A DNA stretch of 64,000 nt. Origin: Lingula anatina. Its lineage: Eukaryota > Animalia > Brachiopoda. The stretch spans positions 5,518,001 to 5,582,000 of the forward strand of contig CM120641.1 of the NCBI GenBank assembly GCA_051362555.1. The letters run 5' to 3'. Position numbers and translations under genes: made by a program. The notes under the pieces are model-generated. The model was not told the origin of the DNA. It made no database searches and worked only from the letters and a program-made list of their open reading frames with translations. This document shows positions 59,001 through 64,000 of this stretch, one piece after another. The first letter of the stretch is position 1. Each line of letters begins with the position of its first letter.

Positions 59001-62000
59001 TAAGATTGCCAGTATATGACTTCCTATTCAAGTTCAATAGTAACTATGGATTTATCTCTGCCAGTTTTGGAGATAAAAGGGAACCAAAATTTGCAAAGTT
59101 CAATTCATGATAAAAAGTAGGTCAAAGGTCAATTTCAAGGTCACATTTAGATTGCCAGTATATGACTTCCTATTCAACTTCAACAGTAACTATGGACCTA
59201 TCTCTGCCAGGTTTGGAGTTAAAAGAGAAAGAAATTAGCAGAGTTCAGTTCATGGTGAAAAGTAGGTCAAAGGTCAATTTTAAGGTCACATTTAGATTGC
59301 CAGTATATGACTTCCTATTCAACTTCAATAGTAACTATGGACCTATCTCTGCTAGTTTTGGAGATAAAAGGGAAGCAAAATTTGCAAAGTTCAGTTCATG
59401 GTGAAAAGTAGGTCAAAGGTCAATTTCAAGGTCACATTTAGATTGCCAGTATATGACTTCATATTCAAGTTCAATAGAAACTATGGACCTATCTCTGCCA
59501 GTTTTGGAGATAAAAGGGAGGCAAAATTTGCAAAGTTCAGTTCATGGTGAAAAGTAGGTCAAAGGTCAATTTTAAGGTCACATTTAGATTGCCAGTATAT
59601 GACTTCCTATTCAACTTCAATAGTAACTATGGACCTATCTCTGCCAGTTTTGGAGATAAAAGGGAAGCAAAATTTGCAAAGTTCAATTTATGGTGAAAAG
59701 TAGGTCAAAGGTCAATTTCAAGGTCACTGTAAGATTGCCAGTATATGACTTCCTATTCAACTTCAATAGTAACTATGGACCTATCTCTGCCAGTTTTGGA
59801 GATATAAGGGACTAAATGTTATAATTTCGGAGTTACCTTAATGTGCCATAAATTTCCTACAGAAAAAATTAATTAAAATAAAGAAAAGGTCATTTTGGTC
59901 AAAATTCTTGAAATGGGAGGTGCTCTGAAGTTCCAGAAGTTCAAATTTGATGAAATAATGTCATTTTTGACCACAAGTTGTCTGCTTTGCCAAGCCTTAT
60001 GTTTTATTTTTCCAGAGTTCAAAATTTATTATCCATTACCGTACTGCACATTTTGCTTTCACCACCAATATGTACTTTTTGGTACAGCGTAACTCAAAAA
60101 CCGTATGGAATACAAAAAAACGGAGACCACCTCCAGTGTTGGGCTTTACATGCTCTACAAAATGCAAAAAAGAATGGGTCTCTAGCATTAACGGTTCCCG
60201 AATTAGAGACAGTTTTCAGTTTCGGTATCTTATGGCCGCTACACCCGTGAAAATGCACCGATTGACCCCAAATTCACACAGATGAAAGATGACCTGAAGG
60301 GTAACATTTTCCAATAATATTATTGGTTAAGTCTGTGTGGTGTCTGAATAACAGCGCACATAAATTTTTTTTCGTAAAAAAATTCATTTTTTTGAAAATT
60401 TTTGCCTGTTTGACCTTGAAATAAAGGTCAAAGGTCAAATCCAAGGGCATATTTGAAATCTACACATATGACTTTTGGAAAGCAGTCTGTAGAAATTTTT
60501 CCCATAATTCCTTCCGTAGGGTAGATAATTAGCATTTAATTTTGCCATTTTTGGACAAGGGTGCATTGCAATGAGTGCCACACCTAGACCCCAATACCGA
60601 CAAAGCCCAAATTTTACGTGGAACGAGTTGAGATTATAGGTGACCTAAATCCAAGAGATGGGTATGGGGGCCCTTACCGTCTAGGAGGAGAAGCGGTAAC
60701 GGTAACATGGCGGCGGAGCCGGCGGAGCCGCAGGAGCCGGCGGAACGGACCGGACGGGACTAAAACCATGTGTACCGCCAGCGCTAACGCTGGTGGTACA
60801 AAAACACTCTAAATATAAATTTAATGATTAATTGGTGAGATATGTCATATAATAAACTTTTACAATGTCATATATGCCTGATGCATACCAATAATTAAAT
60901 TATTACACTTACTCTGTTCCACTGTCCCGAGGCCTGATACAGCTGATTTAAAAGATCATATCGCTTGCAATTCTTTAACAATCTTTCTGCATCATCCTAA
61001 AGAAAAGACATTTGGCATGATTTCAAAACAGGAATTCAAAGGGTTTTACAAAACATGATATTCATGTACAAATGCAAAAATTCTGTAAATACAGCACATT
61101 ACACACTGCTGCCATGACAGATAATTACTAGTTATAGACAGAGAAAAAAATAAGAAAAGTTATGAAATATTTTTTAGAATATAAGTATTATGTTCACAAG
61201 AATTGCCCTTTCAATACCTAAAATAGGTAGACAAAAGAAAATATTGGAGCAGCAAGGTATAGAAATGTATTTTAACATACCAAAAGTCCTAACTGCAGAG
61301 CTAAAGCTGCCACTCTAGCATCTATCTCAGGCTCCTTCATGGACTCTCTTAAAGCTTTGGCTCCTCTTGCATGACCCATATTTCCTAGGCACACCTGAGC
61401 TACATCAAGCCTTCTTGTTTTTACACACATCTTGGCCATGTTCTCCCAGACTGACTCACTAAAATTTGGTTTATGAGAAAGGCTGTAATGGCTTCTGGTT
61501 ATATCCTACTCTATTTTTTTTCATTCCAATCTCTTGCCATTTGTTTAAAATTCTGTATAAAATTTGTTTCTTGATTATTCCAATTAAAATCAACTATGGC
61601 AATGACAGCATATTTTAAACTACAATATATTCTTTTCTGTGGAAGTTTTTCATATTAATATTGAATTGACCATGCAAAACAGATAAAAACTAATGCTGAT
61701 GCTTATCTATCACAAGAAATTTGAAGTACAGTGTTACTTGCAAATTACTTTTGTCAAAACCCTATCAAAAACCTAAGTTGTTATCTAAGTCAAATAAACA
61801 TAAGTTTTCTTTTGATTAAAACTGCATGAAAATGTGTACCTTTTGATTAACTTGATAGCTTTAAAGGCTTCATCCATGTTCCCAATAGTGAGATAATAGC
61901 TGAAGTTCAGCATGGCATCCCGTGCATTCTTATCACTGTGTTCCAGCCCTATGAAATCCCTCATCGTGCGCCCGGCTAACATTTTGAGATGATTAGCTGA

Positions 62001-63887
62001 AGCTGCCACTTGTGGACGGGGTGTAAATGTGGTCTCTTCAACAGAGTCCTCTGACTGGAAAACAGGTGTTGTGCTTTGTTAGCAAATTCTTAAATATTAC
62101 AGTAAGTTTGCACATGTGTTTGTACTACAACATGGCAGGAGTGACTGAGGAATTTACTTAAATACAAAAGATGTTTCTTCAAATATATATTCAGACAACT
62201 CTTACATGAACTACATCTAAGACGGGTTTATAACTTTGCAAGTCAACACTAATAATCTGAAATTATGTGACTTTTTCAAATCCACGTGGGTATGCTTATA
62301 TTAAAGCCTTCCTCAACAAGCTAATTTGCACACACAAATGTGCTTGTGATTTTTCTGTAACTGATAAATATGTGTTTCTCCGTTACCTTCTTTGAAAAGA
62401 AATAATATGGCACTTCCACTCCCACCAGAGCACTGAAGGCTGAGCTGATGACAAAACTGTCCTGCATCAGAATTCCATTCTCAGGTGTCACAAACAAAGA
62501 CACTGCCATGCTCTTGGTCTGCAGGTAAAATAAGAAATCAATTTCTACACAGCATAATAGAAAGAATTTGAAGGCACTCTTGTCATGTCAAAGTGGATGA
62601 AAAGATTAATATCTGTAATTCTATATATGAATGGAGTGGTGTGGATGGCAAGTGCACAGTGATCTTAAACACAGATGAATTTAGCTTGAAGAAATGAGTA
62701 CATATACTTCACTACCATTGCGGGACACCACTTAATATAAATAAATGCCGTACAATACAATGCAGCTTTTTTCACAGTGGCCAAATAGCAACTGTAACTT
62801 ACCAAGTTAATAGCTGCCTGCTTGGCTTCAAATCTTTTCCTGTATCCGTCCTCCTTTTCTTTGTTTTCCGTGTCTTTCTGTGGTTGCTGCAGTGACTTGG
62901 TTTCACAGACTACAAGCTTTGTTTCCTGAGGATCCCAGTACTGAGAGACGGGGTAATGAAGAGCTATGTCATGTGCAGCTTGAGCTTTACCTCTACAAGT
63001 AAGATGGATCAATAATATTACTTTTATAACCCTAACTATCCTTACATGTGTTTAAAAATTTGGGAAATATATCATATGTAAATGATTTGTTCTGAATCTA
63101 AATGTAAACCCAGTTAATCATGATACTGGGAAATTATGTGTTACAGTTCAATACACAAATCCATATGTGTGTGGAGGGGCAGATTTTCTACATGTAATTG
63201 TTTTAAAGACAAGTATCTATCTTCCTCTAGACCTGTCACTGTTCACAAATAAACAATGAAAATAATTAATAAACTGCATACAATATATAAAAAAACTTTG
63301 ATTCGGTCTTGGTGTGATTCACTTAGTTTGGAACAGCTTGAACTATTCCTGCTTCACATTTACCTGTCAACCTCTGATGCCTCCTCTCCATCAGCTGTGG
63401 ACTGTGCAAATAATTCATCTTGTTCTCCCCTCCCTGTCTCAAAGTTGAAATACTGGATTGTGTCCATTTCTATATCCCACACGTACAGTTTGGGGTCTGG
63501 TAAACCATCAGCCTGGGATCACAAATAAAGTATTTATCTGTTCTCTTATTTGTTCATTGCAGTTTCATGTATATGAAGTACAGCACAGAATGTAAGGTAT
63601 GTACATACCAGACTGTATCTAAATAAAACTACTATGGTACACATGGTACACGGTGCATTTTAACACCAAAGTCACAGACATTGATTACTTTTTAAAAGAG
63701 TAAAACTTCAATAAGTGATCTCTTCCGCAGCCTTAGAAGGCTTATTTTATATTAGCATGTTTCTTTTACCTTGGTACAGATAAAGCTGACTTTTGAGCCA
63801 TTGCAGTTGCACTTTGCGGAGACTAAAGAACCAAAACCTTGAATAACATCTGGTAGAGATTTAGGGTTACCATGCTGCTTTGCTTCT
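49969..63887 (-). CDS. IFT140: Intraflagellar transport protein 140 (IFT-A), 3' part; gene continues past the right edge. 18 exons: 63887-63770, 63512-63364, 62992-62803, 62518-62387, 62054-61840, 61458-61281, 60996-60913, 55124-55018, 54641-54546, 54299-54167, 53842-53699, 53485-53357, 52934-52752, 52489-52283, 51997-51785, 51515-51349, 50837-50696, 50187-49969
   Basis: Motifs [134 protein letters not shown] and [19 protein letters not shown]. Phases are consistent across all junctions. Confidence 0.95.
51080..51306. mobile_element. MITE copy C in IFT140 intron
   Basis: TIRs agggtgctttcccagagatttagatcgatcta / tagattgatctaaaaatctatggaaatg; internal similarity to copies A and B. Confidence 0.8.
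56474..56839 (+). mobile_element. 366-bp non-autonomous DNA transposon nested in a satellite monomer; AcademH-like
   Basis: Perfect 9-bp TSD AGTATATGA (56465-56473 and 56840-56848), CA…TG termini and imperfect TIRs of ~60 bp. An internal relic reads [35 protein letters not shown], resembling the start of a RecQ-type helicase. The insertion itself is clear; the family is inferred. Confidence 0.75.
57551..59894. repeat. Higher-order repeat: two near-identical 1172-bp units (6 monomers plus one ~300-bp block), followed by the start of a third
   Basis: Equivalent ORF-track entries recur at 57551/58723/59895 and 57990/59162 (period 1172). Diagnostic monomer variants recur in the same order. Confidence 0.9.
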
Positions 63888-64000
63888 CTGTTGAATAATA
63901 AAAAATCTGATTACTTTACATAGTCTAAGAACAAAGTAATTACCCATCATCATGTTACTCTTTTCATACATTTTTCTTTACAATGCCTGTATCTGTTAGA

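Larger units (their letters stand above)
55184..60803 (-). mobile_element. HINE copy 3 in an IFT140 intron, expanded to ~5.6 kb (about 22 monomers, 4 copies of the ~300-bp block, nested insertion)
   Basis: Same termini, subTIRs and hairpins as copies 1 and 2, with an expanded internal array. Confidence 0.87.

Noticed and set aside
55400-59800. Regularly spaced repeats superficially like a CRISPR array
   Set aside because: The whole 146-bp unit repeats with no unique spacers, the context is a eukaryotic intron, and no cas genes are present.

Overview
AT-rich, intron-containing animal genomic DNA; the gene and repeat style suggests a mollusc-like lophotrochozoan (inference). There are six spliced protein-coding genes: a QRICH2/C16orf96-family gene (minus, runs off the left edge), JNK (minus, complete, ~403 aa), a PH-RhoGAP of the ARHGAP22/24/25 type (plus, ~610 aa), GAR1 (minus, ~203 aa), DDX46/Prp5 (plus, ~1011 aa) and the 3' part of IFT140 (minus, runs off the right edge). 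JNK/ARHGAP and GAR1/DDX46 are head-to-head pairs. JNK and GAR1 each carry a U12-type intron; GAR1 and DDX46 each carry a GC-AG intron. The most striking accessory feature is three intronic copies of a non-autonomous Helentron/DINE-1-type element (HINE). Each carries an expandable 146-bp satellite whose monomer holds a dense cluster of nuclear-receptor half-sites (AAGT-AGGTCA-A-AGGTCA-ATTTCA-AGGTCA). In one copy the array has formed a 1172-bp higher-order repeat and has been hit by a 366-bp element with a 9-bp TSD and a RecQ-like relic (AcademH-like). A small MITE family has three copies. Exon coordinates were read by hand from splice signals and reading-frame continuity; no database search was run.
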